Below are positions 47,531 through 61,859 of a stretch of 64,000 bases of DNA, piece by piece. A program made the translations under genes and the position numbers. Under the pieces are notes generated by a model. It was not told where the DNA came from. It did no database searches and was given only the letters and a program-made list of their open reading frames with translations. The stretch covers positions 21,576,001 to 21,640,000 of the forward strand of contig NC_043004.1 of the NCBI RefSeq assembly GCF_006345805.1, written 5' to 3'. Source of the DNA: Octopus sinensis (taxonomy: Eukaryota). The number at the start of each line of letters is the position of its first letter. The stretch's first letter is position 1.

Positions 47531-50335
47531 TAACGTGTTTATTCTGTTTCAGTGATAATTATTATAGATGTGGGTGTTACAAGCACAAACCAACGCTTTT
47601 ATACTATTTATCTAGGCATTAAATTTATTAGATTAATTTGATTAATAATTTTAGTTGTTGAAATCAACAATCGTTTGACTTCTACTTGTAGCCAAATACT
47701 CTCCATGGATATGTAGTTAACGGCAATCTTCTTCACACAGGAATTTTATATGGTTGCTCCATCATTTAGCAATAGCTGCCAAGTATCTCTCAAATTACAC
47801 TTTGCCCTTCAGAAAAATGGAAGGATTATCTGAGACGAGTTCTATAAAGAGATAGAATGGTCATAGAAAAATATCTTTAAGCAGAGTAATCCTTTAAATT
47901 GAGCTGATCCGCAGTTGTGCATTGTGTGAAGATTGCAATGTATGTGCCAGCCTGATTTAAAACTGTAATATGTGCACACATCTTTGTGGCAAGGAGCAAC
48001 GTGCGCGCTCATCTCTATGGCAAAATGCATTTGTGCACCCATCTTTGTGTAAAATGCAATATGTGCAACCGATTACTTTAAATTATTTTTGAAACTCATT
48101 TTGAAAGCAAAGAATAATTAAAAGCTGGCAGCATTTTATCACAGATATTTAGTGCCTTAATCAGTATATACTTTATTCAGTGGCCTTGGTTCAAAAATAG
48201 ATGAAAATTGCTGATTTAGTCATTTCATGATAAGCATACTACTTAGACGGTAAACTATTCGATCCAGCGTTCAAGTCCCAACTCTCTCGTTATTTTTAGT
48301 ATGATAAAAGAAGTAACCGCCCAGTATTGAGACTGTATTCATCTCAACTACTACTTTCAATATCACATTGAATATCGTTGTTGCAGCCAGAAAATAGCAG
48401 CAAGAGAGTATAAACGTATATGAAATGCTCTGCATTTTATATATTAAACCAGTAAGTAGGAATTCAGTTAACAGAACAACTGAATGCACATCGGCGAGAG
48501 CGACGTAGAATCGTCCACTTCCATGGAAAAGCAGTCTAATAAGTTTACCACTAGAGTGTTTAGAAAACAGCTCCAAATCGCAGTCACTAGGCTTGTAACT
48601 CGAGCGCTTAATTGTCTGTGCTATCAGCTCATTAAAAGCACTAACATTTCAAATGATAAATCACGCCATTATACTATCTCTGTGGTTTCATCAATATTGC
48701 TGCAAATTCTCCTCGAACTCGCATCCTTTAAACCACTCCCCAGAAATTTGCTCAAGTCGTAAACTTCATTGTGTGAAATAAAAGAAATAAATAAAAGAGC
48801 ATTATCATTTTACAGTAGAATGAAAATAAAGAAATCATTTGTAAACTTTAGCAGGTAACAGTGCTACTTTCACAGCTGAAATCAGTCGAATTCAGTGAAA
48901 TTTCTAACCTTTAGGTGGACAAATCAAGTATGTTGTTTATCATACAATACTATTATTCTGAAACCCTGATGCAATATAATTTAAATGTATATATATTTTT
49001 GTAGTTTATGTTTAAGCAGTCAGCTACAAAAATACAAATGTTCACCTTTCGCCCAGAATAGATATTGAAAATTTGTTGCATTGTAGCAGGTAGAGCTGAT
49101 TTCTGTAAAAAGCATTAAGTAACAATCCAACATTTAAAAGTTCAATATCTACTAATGACAAGTCGGATTATGCTATTTTAAAAAAATAAATCCAATAAAC
49201 TTTAAAATGCCAACCATTGATTGTTAGTTTATATATGCATTCGCCATTGATTTTTATCTATAAACCGTTCCAATGAGAGAATATTTTGAGACAAAAGATT
49301 ATACTGTTCTACTATGAGAACAATTGAAGTTGTGTTGATATGTCAAATGTGAAATGAGATATTTCAATTTTCGATATATTTCTTAGATTCTACTGAATGA
49401 TTGTATTTTTGATGACTCAAGTCCACAAGATGATATTGATTTCCAAATGTAGATATTTCAATGAAATTGGATTAGTTATGTGCGTTAGAACGTCATGAAT
49501 ATCAATCAATTATATTTCCCCAATTATATATATATCTGGCACTCATGTATTGATGCTAGAAATCAATGTGTTACAAGTGAAAATATAGAAATAAATTAAC
49601 GGTCTGTTCCTAACATAATGTTTGTAAAATAAATTTGAATACATAAGCGAACATGTAAACTAAACCCAAACCGATGTAGATATTGAGATTCGATAGAATA
49701 AGTACTAGTGTTATAATCTCTTAGAGGGGAGAGTAGAAATAACTTCTAGAGTTGGTTGACAACATAGACATTTAATTCTTACGATGTGTCGAATATTCTT
49801 TTCTTTCGCTTATATAGGTGAAACTATCACGTAATATTTTCTTGTTTTCAGTATCATATGAATAAACATACACAAAAAAAAAACTTTCGACTTGTTTGCT
49901 TACTGAATGTTCTTTATTTTTCAACATGTCCATCTTCAAATGCATGGCAAAAACCTTACGAGGGAATACACTAGTTTGATAGTTAATTGTTGGAACCCCA
50001 TTAATATCAATGACGGTCTACATGAATTTACCAATTCAAATCTTTTCTTTAATTCTCATACAGACTGTAATAGGATATCTTTTCTCTCTCGGAGACAAAA
50101 ATCGAATATTCAGCAGCCATTAGTACAGGGGATGTTTTTTCCATGCTGGATCAGTGGTTTATGTGTGTTAATACTTTTGCTTTTAAATCTGAATACATTT
50201 GAACAGTGAGGCAGCGTGGAATCTTGCTGAGTGAATAAATGAATATATCATATATTCTGCGTATACGAATTGAAAACAAGAATACATGCCGTGTTTTATA
50301 AAGGATTTTAGCAAGCGAACTGACTGATACTGGGT

Positions 50336-50391
<56 letters not shown>

Positions 50392-51669
50392 CCACAGATG
50401 CACAAACATACCTTCTTATGGAATTTTATATAAATAAATACGCTACCATAGTATAAATATTTCATATTGAGACTTTGATATTGAACCATTGATACAAAAG
50501 CATGGGATTAACATAAAAATTTTACACCAACCGTACATGTCCTGCATCCCTTTCTATTCTCAGTCTTCTCGGTTGTAAACCTCGAAGCTACACATTATAT
50601 ATTTCTTTGTGTGTGTGTGTGTGTGTGTGATAGATTCGCTTTGTCTTCCGACGGTGACTCAGCAGTTGTTATATTAAACTGAACTTCCTGCTCATTTACT
50701 TAGAAACTAAGTGATTACTCTACAAATACACGTAATGTACTTTTCAACTGGAATCAGTGTAACTCAAAGTATAACGGTTCAGAGGTCCAGTCGTGTGGCA
50801 GTACTACTTCCACACTCAGTCGATCCAATTTAACCCACGGTGCTTAGGCCGATCAGAAGCCATGATAAATTAAACGTTGTGAACTCATGATTGCGAAATC
50901 AGAGCGTGTACACACGTTTGTGTGTTTGTATCTATGTGGTTATGTATGCATGCATGCATGTATGTATACGCAAACACGAGAGTGTTCAGAAAGTTCCTGG
51001 TTTTTGAGTAAAGCACAAGAAAGCACAAGAGGATCAGTTAATTGATTTTATACAGCACATTCTCCTCTCTGATCCATCCATTTATTGCAGGGGTCATTTT
51101 TTCTAAGCCCTGTAAAAGAACTCGGAAGTTTGGGCATCCAACCAGACATTTCGATATACCCTTAATACCAGGAACACACACACAAGGTAGAAAGTATGGT
51201 GGGTGCTTACACGTGGTTGAATGTATACAGAAAAAATACGATGAAAAAATAGATTTGTTTTACAAAACTAAAAAATATATTAGAATCATTACAAAATATT
51301 ATACAATATTGCGCAAAATATGATTTTTTTTCTTCCATCATAATAACCGGCTTCGCTATCGCGTTTCAAATTTTGAGTTTTGGATGCAATTCTGAATTAG
51401 ACATTCTGTTTGCTAGTAGGGATAATTGGTAACCAAAATATTTTTCTCTAAAAGTGTGGTAAATTTGTTATTTTAAATATTTTTACATTTGATTCTGGCT
51501 TATGTCTTAAAATAGATGGGGTAAATCTTTAAGTTTCAACATGGGTTTATAATTTATTCTGGCTTATGATTTTTGATAAATGGGGACACTTTATTTAGTC
51601 GTACTTGAGTTGAGGTCCAAATTGAAAATTGATATAATAGTAAGATTAGGAATTGTGGTTGCACAGGAG

Positions 51670-51762
51670 AAAGCGAAGGTAATTAACCTGTCACATCAGT
51701 CCCTACCAACCACAAAGATCTATATGCTATCTAAGGGGCTAAAAGTCGCCCCAATTCTTTAA
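51670..51762 (+). pseudogene. PLE N-terminal fragment
   Basis: KVINLSHQSLPTTKIYMLSKGLKVAP resembles the PLE motif VxNLS...L...LSKGLxFxP. Confidence 0.5.
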
Positions 51763-51860
51763 TCTTGTAAAATAAATCTATGTTTTTCATCTTATTTCTT
51801 TCCATGTGTGTGTGTGTATATATATATGTATATATATATATAGTCATACACACACATACA

Positions 51861-51963
51861 TACATCTATCTACATAACAGCCCACTAACTATTTTACCTG
51901 TGTAAACTGTTGTTTACACAGGTAGAGTAGAATAGTTAGTAGGCTGTTATCTAGATAGATGTA
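51861..51963. repeat. ~100-bp fold-back palindrome
   Basis: tacatctatcta.ataacagcc.actaactatt..tacctgtgtaaac-tgtt-gtttacacaggta...aatagttagtaggctgttatctagatagatgta. Confidence 0.8.
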
Positions 51964-52700
51964 TATATATATATATGTGTGTGTGTGTGTATGTGTGTGT
52001 GTGTGTAAACAGATGTATGTATGTGTGTTTTGGTCGGTGTATGAATATATATATATGTGTATATGCTCATGTATGTAAGCATATCGATATGAAATTAAAC
52101 AAATCAACATACAGACGGATAGTTACATAGGTTATATGAACAAGAAAGCACACGTACGCAAATGAAGACTGAAACATATGACCACACACACAGTCATGCA
52201 CACACAGAGACAGAGGTACGTACACACATATACAAACACACACACACACGCACATACATAAAAACACACAAACACGGACATGCAAACGCATGAATATGCA
52301 GAATACATACATACAAATGTACATACATAAATAGATACATATGCACACACACTACATGCATACACGTACATACATGCATGTACAAGCACACACCCACACA
52401 CCCACACACTGAACCACACACACATACAAACAAACAAAAAGGAATGCTGTGTGAGTAACGGACAGAGTCAACTACTATTGAGAATATTGCAAGACGCAAC
52501 GAAAATTTTAGAATAATAAAAAGAAATGAGTGTTAAATTATAAGGTATCAAAAGAGAATGACTCTCCCCAGACACAGGAGAATATGCTTCAATACACGAA
52601 CTCGCATAAAGAATCTTGCAAACCAAATCCAAAAACGAAAAATATATATATTTATGGACATACATACGCCAATACACACATTTTATTATTATTATTATTA

Positions 52701-52744
<44 letters not shown>

Positions 52745-52746
<2 letters not shown>

Positions 52747-52960
52747 TTGCTGGATATGATGGAAAGCGTCAGCTGTCTACACTCCGTAGACTAAGCTGAC
52801 TCTTGTTTACTGCTCATGCTTCAGGAACCCTGCGAAGAATTCTTGCAGTTCCAAGCAATGCTGATTTTTGTAGGCGTTCTACTTTGACTACTTGCACCAA
52901 TCTTTTTCAGCCATGTTGGTAGCTAGATGCTTATACTTTCAGTGAACTGCCTCGGTAATA
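52745..52960 (-). mobile_element. R4/Dong-type (RLE) LINE 3' end, copy 1
   Basis: LPTWLKKIG..VKVERLQKSALLGTARILRRVPEA*, short 3' UTR, then (AAT)n. Confidence 0.75.
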
Positions 52961-53169
52961 ACATTCTAAAACGATCATGTTTACTTGTTTACTCCGTTTA
53001 TGTTTAGTAGCATGGCTAGCAGTGGCTGGATTACTGCACAGTGGGGCACCTGCCGGGTGTGGTACCTTCACCATTGGTTTCTCTCCCTTTCACACCGTTA
53101 TCATCATCAATTTTGCTTGGCATTTTTACTTAGAAATTAGGTTACTACCAATTGATATTTTTATTGAGA

Positions 53170-53465
53170 CACCATCTCTCTAAGTGTAGTCCGCCAAGGC
53201 GGCAGGGGCCTTGTTCCTCTAGGTTTGAACTAAGAGTGTCCCTTCTAGTCTGCTTGCCATCCAAGGCTAACGAGTACAACCTACCCGGTCAACTGGCTAT
53301 TTGAAGGCACCAGATACCTTTTCCCACTCTTCTCCAGTTGGCTTGGCGAAGGAGATGGGCTTCACTGTCTGGGGATAGGTATTGCGCAGGCCATTGTGGC
53401 ATTTTATAAGTGATGGGCGTTCAACTTCCCTCACAACCACGGCATTGACAGAAAAAACCCCTGAA
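53170..53465 (-). mobile_element. Possible RTE 5' UTR fragment (also at +1155)
   Basis: agactagaagggacactcttagttcaaacc resembles the recalled RTE 5' UTR motif ctaggagaaggaaaactctgaattcaaacc. Confidence 0.3.
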
Positions 53466-53837
53466 AGTAGAAGAGTGTATATGTCATGTTTCGGACGTTG
53501 TTACCTGTTTTTCAGCACTCATCTAACCCACCATTGCCTCTGAACACATTGCTTATACAGACACCGCATACAAGAGTGTTAGTTACGGGATATACCAATT
53601 TCCATATTAGACATATTCCTGGGGCCGGTATGTAAACATTAAAGATTTTTAGTTACGCCTACTCCCTTATGCAAACACAATATACTATAAGGTATACTAA
53701 ATGTTTTCATAAGTCAGTACCACATTCTATTGCGTCAGCAGTACGCTTACATTATTTTGTTAAGGTTATTTCTACATATATTCTATAGAACTTATGGCCA
53801 GCATCGATTTTTGCTACAACGTTTCGTATCGAGGTTA

Positions 53838-53891
<54 letters not shown>

Positions 53892-53899
53892 TATTATTA

Positions 53900-54115
53900 T
53901 TTTGCTGGATATGATGGAAAGCGTCAGCTGTCTACACTCCGTAGACTAAGCTGACTCTTGTTTACTGCTCATGCTTCAGGAACCCTGCGAAGAATTCTTG
54001 CAGTTCCAAGCAATGCTGATTTTTGTAGGCGTTCTACTTTGACTACTTGCACCAATCTTTTTCAGCCATGTTGGTAGCTAGATGCTTATACTTTCAGTGA
54101 ACTGCCTCGGTAATA
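53900..54115 (-). mobile_element. R4/Dong-type LINE 3' end, copy 2
   Basis: Duplicate of copy 1. Confidence 0.75.
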
Positions 54116-54992
54116 ACATTCTAAAACGATCATGTTTACTTGTTTACTCCGTTTATGTTTAGTAGCATGGCTAGCAGTGGCTGGATTACTGCACAGTGGG
54201 GCACCTGCCGGGTGTGGTACCTTCACCATTGGTTTCTCTCCCTTTCACACCGTTATCATCATCAATTTTGCTTGGCATTTTTACTTAGAAATTAGGTTAC
54301 TACCAATTGATATTTTTATTGAGACACCATCTCTCTAAGTGTAGTCCGCCAAGGCGGCAGGGGCCTTGTTCCTCTAGGTTTGAACTAAGAGTGTCCCTTC
54401 TAGTCTGCTTGCCATCCAAGGCTAACGAGTACAACCTACCCGGTCAACTGGCTATTTGAAGGCACCAGATACCTTTTCCCACTCTTCTCCAGTTGGCTTG
54501 GCGAAGGAGATGGGCTTCACTGTCTGGGGATAGGTATTGCGCAGGCCATTGTGGCATTTTATAAGTGATGGGCGTTCAACTTCCCTCACAACCACGGCAT
54601 TGACAGAAAAAACCCCTGAAAGTAGAAGAGTGTATATGTCATGTTTCGGACGTTGTTACCTGTTTTTCAGCACTCATCTAACCCACCATTGCCTCTGAAC
54701 ACATTGCTTATACAGACACCGCATACAAGAGTGTTAGTTACGGGATATACCAATTTCCATATTAGACATATTCCTGGGGCCGGTATGTAAACATTAAAGA
54801 TTTTTAGTTACGCCTACTCCCTTATGCAAACACAATATACTATAAGGTATACTAAATGTTTTCATAAGTCAGTACCACATTCTATTGCGTCAGCAGTACG
54901 CTTACATTATTTTGTTAAGGTTATTTCTACATATATTCTATAGAACTTATGGCCAGCATCAATTTTTGCTACAACGTTTCGTATCGAGGTTA

Positions 54993-55039
<47 letters not shown>

Positions 55040-56482
55040 GTTATTGTTATTATTATTATTATTATTATTGTTATTATTGTTATTGCTATTATTGTTATTA
55101 TTGTTATTGTTATTATTGTTATTATTATTATTGTTATTAATTGTTTGTGTGTGTATGTATAAATATATGTGTGTGTATATTGATAAATACTTCGGAAATC
55201 AGATATGTAGATATTATGTATGTGTGGGCTTCTACGTTTGCAATTAAAGAGAAAATTATCAATATCACTTTGTAGAGTTCTCATTAAGAAGAAAGTGCTA
55301 AACCGATTATTCACTCTAAGATAATTTATGTTTGAAATTTATTCTGATTAGAGTGCTTATAAATCATATTTTTCCATGCTAGATTATTTGCAAAATTTTG
55401 TAATTCAATTGCTCCTCGAGTCTGCATTTTTACAAATGTGCGGTTGGGGTAGGTTATTGCTCATGCTACAGGAAGATATAAACTATATATTTGACTTTCT
55501 CTCGCTAGAGTAAAATAGTTGTTCGATGAATAATATATGATTAAATTTTAGCTTTAATATTATTAGTTATTATTTGGTGTGTTTTGGAATATTGCCCTTC
55601 AGTGGGATGAGTAGCGAACATACTCACTCTACAGAATCGGTATATGAATATTAACTGTTCTAATAAAATTGGTCTACAATGTACATCTAACTTAGAGACA
55701 TGTGAAAGTGCGTTCACTACCAGCTTTCTACCATACAACTGCATTTAAATATATGTATATACAGGCAGCAGTGGTTGAGTGGTAAGTAGCTTGCTTACCA
55801 ACCACACGGTTCCGGATTTACTTGAGGAGGGGATATTTACTGAAACTCAAAGAATTCCTCATATTTGACACGCCATTAAGTAAACCAACAATCTTGTCTG
55901 GCCATAAGAAGGCAGTCCAATACATATGTTTCTGCCTCTGTAGGTGTATTAAACTTGACAACTGTTCTGTCTTCTCTCTTGTATGTAGCCATGGGGCTTA
56001 GTCGTATAATAAAAAGTGCAGAGCACATTTATAAGATAATTTAAACAAAATTGAGCAAAGAGAATTAACTTAGAGCGGCCAGTAGCTGAACAGCATAAAT
56101 AGATATGAATCTATCATATACCATACATCGTATAGTCTTGATGTATTAAAATTATCTCCTCCTCTAGGGACATGTGACTCAATTTTCAAATGATGATTGA
56201 AACAAGTTCAATATGGGAAGAGATGATAATATCAAGAAGCACGAATTTTTCCGAAGTATTTGCGTATGTATTTAAGCACTCATGCAAACATGTGTGCACA
56301 TAGATGCGCACATATATACGTACGGATACGCGCTTCCACAATCATTGATTACAGCAATAACTAACTCGTAAATGTATGGAAACTATATCCTTGTGCAGAG
56401 CTTTAGCAAAGAACTCAACCAAGAAGAATAAATTCAAATGTAGCTATATTATATACTTACACATCACACACACACACACACA

Positions 56483-56513
<31 letters not shown>

Positions 56514-59453
56514 CACCACACACACACACATACACACGCACAAATACATACACACGCACACAGACACACGTGCAGCCAGATGTTTCTAATACGTCTTTGA
56601 GAATAGCTCTGTTAAACTTTCAAAATGGTGTTTGGTATATATTTCTTCTCAAGAACAACCCATGTCATTGAGTTCCATGTTCTGCAGTGCTAAGGTATTG
56701 CCGGTTTGAATTTGTCTTTTGATGTCTACTTTGTTTCCTAAATTATTACTGGTTATGCAATATAATCTTGGGACATAGATATAAATGCGTCTTAACTCTA
56801 GTATATGCTGCAACTTTCCATCGTATTTAAAATATATTACAGTAATTACTTCAAGATTTGTCTTGTCACTTCCAACCTGCAATATTAACGATATATATGT
56901 TCAGGGTTGAGTCATCTGACTCAAAGGATTTACTCCAACTTACAAAATTTATCAATCATATCCTTTATCTTTTAACATTTACTACATCTTTTCCTTGTAT
57001 TTGTTTTTTGCTACACATATAAATAAAAAAAGAAATGCATTGATTGTCGTAGTTTTGTAGCTGAAAGCATTTTTAGGTTAACTACTCGTTCTTCTAAGGT
57101 ATCTGCAACTAATATTTGACTTCGAACTTTTACATGGACTGGTCGTGTTAATTCTTCATAGAGTTTCTTAGTTCTGAAAGCTACGTATATGCTACAATTA
57201 CCTACAACGTCCTTCAACTCAATTTCAGACCGTATTTGAATTCAGCCAATGGTGCCGATTCTTATCTTATCAGCTAGGTTAGCTGTACCAAATACATGTT
57301 AGTTGAAATGAAAATATAGTCGACATTAAGGATTTGAATTTAATACATAGATTTTGGCGGTCTACTGCAAACATTGATATCAGAACGAAAACTGACTCTA
57401 TTAAATTTCCTACTTTTTCCCAGAAGAAATTAACCAGGTTATGGCCAGGCCAAGACGTGCATCATACCCAATCTAAAAACGAAAATAAAAAAAAGAATTA
57501 ATGTATTTACGTTGAATTGTAGCCATTCACAAATAATACTTGATATATTAATTCGAGTTAAGTGTGTGCATCCCCGAAATTTTATCAGTTATCTGTTTTT
57601 CAGGATATTTGTTGAAAGGTAAGATAAAGGATAAGAAATAATGCTTTTACCAAGTAGTAGAAAATACAGTTTACTTATTTGCTAAAAATATATAAATATA
57701 CATATAAGATGTAATCTATCTATCCTGGAATAAACATAAGTTGAAAAGCCTAAATCTAATGATCAAGAATGAGAGGAGTTAGAAAAGCTTGAGGACACAC
57801 ACGCACACACACATATATATTATGAGAAAGGGAGAGAGAGAGGGATGGAGGAAGAGAGTTCATTGTAGATTGTTTTCAAACAACGATGACAAGGTGAGTA
57901 AATCGATTAAGATATAATGGGTAAAAACAAAATACTGCTATATGCATATACTGAAGTATATAGACAAAGATCAATAAACAATATTGTGTCAAAATATTCA
58001 TTGTAATTGCGCAAGATATTCGTTAGGTGCTGCTACTAGTGTGGATAAGAGTTCAAATATGGCACTAGTGATAGTACAGCTGTCATCATGTATAGGATTA
58101 AATAACAATCAGAACATGAGTTTAGTGACTTGACATATCAAGGGAATTGAAAAGTCATAAATGTTGTTGTAGTTATTGTTGATAACTGTACCGACCAAGA
58201 CAGGCGTCTCGCGTTGCCGCATTATTTTCTTCCTTATTTTTAGGCGATGGATTTGAGACTGAGGGATGGAGAGAACAAACGGTAGTAATAAAAATATTTA
58301 CTTCAACCATTTCAAATTCACGGCAATTTCAAGACATCTAACGGAGGTCGTCATTAAAAACATTTTCGGCTCTATTTATCTGTCAACAATATGTTTATTT
58401 TTTTATAACATATACTATATCTTCATTGCCTTACACGTTTAAAGAGTTTCCATTCAATGAAATTAGGCTGGAAGCAAGAATGTAATGGCTAAGGAATATA
58501 TTGATTGCAATTATATTCTGAGGACATCGGAGATGCCTTCTATGATTGAATTGTATTGATTTTCTTTCGAACTTTGAGAATAGCATTTTCAGTTGCAATA
58601 TCTGATATGGTGAAAAGTGGTCTAATTGTCTTTGTTATTTCTTTCATATAACATATATTTCACTTTGGTACTTGAGTGTAAACTTGTTTCGTTACAGTTT
58701 ATGTGTGTGTGTATCTGTGCGTGTATGTTACATGCACGTGCAATTGTGGACTTATGCTCAATCAAGAACCTCAAAGAAACAATCTCTGGGATGTTAATTG
58801 TGCCATTAACCGATTGTATGTAGAAATTCCAAGTACAGCGTATTTCTGATAATAGGTGCAAATATAAACCTGCAACATGGATTTAAGAGTTGTATGTTTA
58901 AAATGGGTTCCCCATAGATATTTCTTCCTCCGAAGTTTGATTTCTGTTCAATGGAACATTTGCCTACATTGGTTTGTCATATTTATGAGAAAACTCCACC
59001 AATAGTGTGAACGTACAACTACACACGTTCAGAGACACAAACACACATACACTTTTACTCTTTTCAGTCATTTGACTGTGGCCATGCTAGAGAACCGCTT
59101 TTAGTCGAGCAAATCGATCGCAGAACTTTAGTAATGTCATCTGGTTGATTTCTTGTTTACAGAAATCTTTTTATCTATATACTTGCAAGTTGTTTGTTTT
59201 AAGAAAAAAAGCGAAACTACTAGCAGAATGATTAGAGTTATGAGACATTTGTTGTTTTGAAACTTTGATCATTCTAGAAGTGTTTTCTCTTGTAGATGAA
59301 ACATCTTACAAGTTATCCGAAAACTTTCATATACAAAATAGTACACTTTGCCTTCAAACACGTTGATCACATTTTGAATTCCAGTCATATTTCTGTTTCT
59401 TGACAAACGATAGTTGTACAACTACACACGCTCAGAGACACAAACACACATAC

Positions 59454-59655
59454 TCTTTTACTATTTTCAGTCATTTGACTGTGGCCATGCTGGAGAACCG
59501 CCTTTAGTCGAGCAAATCGATCCCAGGGCTTATTCCTTGTAAGCCTATTACTTATTCTATCGATCTCTTTTGCCAAACCGCTAAGTGACGGGGACGTAAA
59601 CACACCAGCATCGGTTGTCAAGCGATATTTGGGGGACACACACAGACACACAAAC

Positions 59656-59709
<54 letters not shown>

Positions 59710-59869
59710 GACGGGCTTTCAGTTTCGGCCTGCTAAATCCACTGACAAGGCTTTGGTCGGCCCGAGGCTATAGTAGAAGACACTTGCGCAAGGTTCCACG
59801 CAGTGGGACAAAACCTGGAACCATGTGGTTCGTAAGCAAGCTACTTACCACACAGCCACTCCTGCGACT
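59454..59869 (-). mobile_element. SINE family 1, complete copy
   Basis: tRNA-like head gcaggagtggctgtgtggtaagtagcttgc...ccaggttttgtcccactgcg, central TA tract, tail cagcatggccacagtcaaatgactgaaa. Confidence 0.9.
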
Positions 59870-59910
59870 ATAAAATTTGTATATAATATTTGATATACGT
59901 AGTAACTACA

Positions 59911-59997
<87 letters not shown>

Positions 59998-61541
59998 GTA
60001 TATGCATCATTAGCAACTATGTATGACCTGGTAGCGTATACGCCGCTTTCGTTGATGGTAGTTGGTGACGATGAAGTCGTGAGAAGACATAAACATCCCC
60101 TCACCACTACCACACTTGATCAAGCAGAACACCGAGTACGTGCCATCAAGTAGGAGAGATAGATGCACCAATGCTCACTTAGTGCTCATATTCAGCTGAA
60201 CAGGTTTGAGAAATATAAAATGAAGTGACTTACTCAAGAACATTACATAATACGTGATTCAGGAATATTTTAGTGTTTGTGATGCATGTGTGTATTACTG
60301 TAGAAAAATGATTACTTTTCAAAGTCTCAACTGTCATTTTAAGGAAAGACTTTTCTATGCTACTTAATGAATTTGGTACAATTGAGCTAAGAAATGTGCC
60401 TACTACACCTATTGTCAGCTTAATAAATTTTCTCCTGTCATTACCAGTATTGCTAGCTAAAATTTTCACGAACAAGTCGGTATTATGGGATACCGTGACA
60501 ACTGCTAACTTGGGAACTTCGTAAATTGAATTTGAAATGTGGACGTTAAATTGTGCATACACTTAAATTATCTAGATTTCCCTGATTGTTTTCATTCTTA
60601 AAGCTTTTTTCATTTTCTAACTTTTCCAAGGTTATGACAGAAGTCAAGTCCTCTCCAGAATACGCTCCTTGTAATTGGCTTGAAAGTCTAGGCAGTGCCA
60701 AAGACATATTAATAATTTAGTAAGTGAATAACACCAATGATTCCATTTCTATAGATGTGTGCAGTAGTTCACTTTTGGAACTAGGGCCCTGGTACATCTA
60801 TCATGCTGCTTCACATAGCTTCTGATTTCAATTTTTATTTACTTTGCTTCCTCATTTCAGACCTACACGTTTTGATTGTTAGACATGACCGGAGTAAAAT
60901 TCCCTTCGGAATAACTCTTAACTCCACTATCATAATCAATGTGAGAAACAGATGAAGTTCAATTCTCGAATAATTTCAAGAACTCAGCTTAGGTATATAA
61001 CTCATAAACCTATCTATGAAAGTGGCGGTTACACGGTAAAACATATTATGTCATAGAAATTTTCATTACAATCATAGTAATTATACAAAATATGGGGCCT
61101 GATGGCACAGAAGGACGCAAAATTAGATATGGATTATGCAATGTGCAGGACTCTGTTGGTGATACGTAGCACTCATATTTTCATGGGTCAGGGATCTGAA
61201 AAGCCTCAGCAAATACACAAAGGGAAAAATGTCGTACCATGACTGCGAATACGCACTTCGTAACAGATATAAATGTAAAGGTGCTGGTGGTGATGATTAC
61301 GATTTGTAATAAATCTAGATTTTTCTCCCTTACTTTTCGGATATATATATATATATATTATATATATATATATATATATACACGTAAATGTAGAACGATG
61401 AAAAAAGTGCTCAACACTGCATTGGTGGATAAATAAATTCGGTTTTGGTTTCGTGATCAACTTGATGAATTATTTAGATACTTTGATATTTCCCTACTCT
61501 TCTGAACATGAAACTAATGGTAGCCGTAATTCACAAATAAA

Positions 61542-61593
<52 letters not shown>

Positions 61594-61778
61594 TATATGT
61601 ATATGTATATATAAAGTTAGAATGAGAAAGGAATAAAATCATTTATCTTATAACTGTTTCCGCTATAAGCTGCAATGCACTCACAGTTGAATGTATGTGT
61701 ATTACATTATAGCTTCATTGGAGCTTCAAACATGAAGTGTAAATTTATTTGGAAAGTTTGTTACACACACTCTCACAC

Positions 61779-61859
<81 letters not shown>

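Larger units (their letters stand above)
52682..55140. repeat. 1155-bp period tandem duplication bounded by three (ATT)n tracts
   Basis: gctgga at 52749 and 53904; gaggt at 53831 and 54986; only one substitution noticed (gcatcGattt vs gcatcAattt). Confidence 0.92.

Noticed and set aside
48271-48762. 101-aa and 92-aa ORFs in unique sequence
   Set aside because: No recognisable motif or coherent exon structure.
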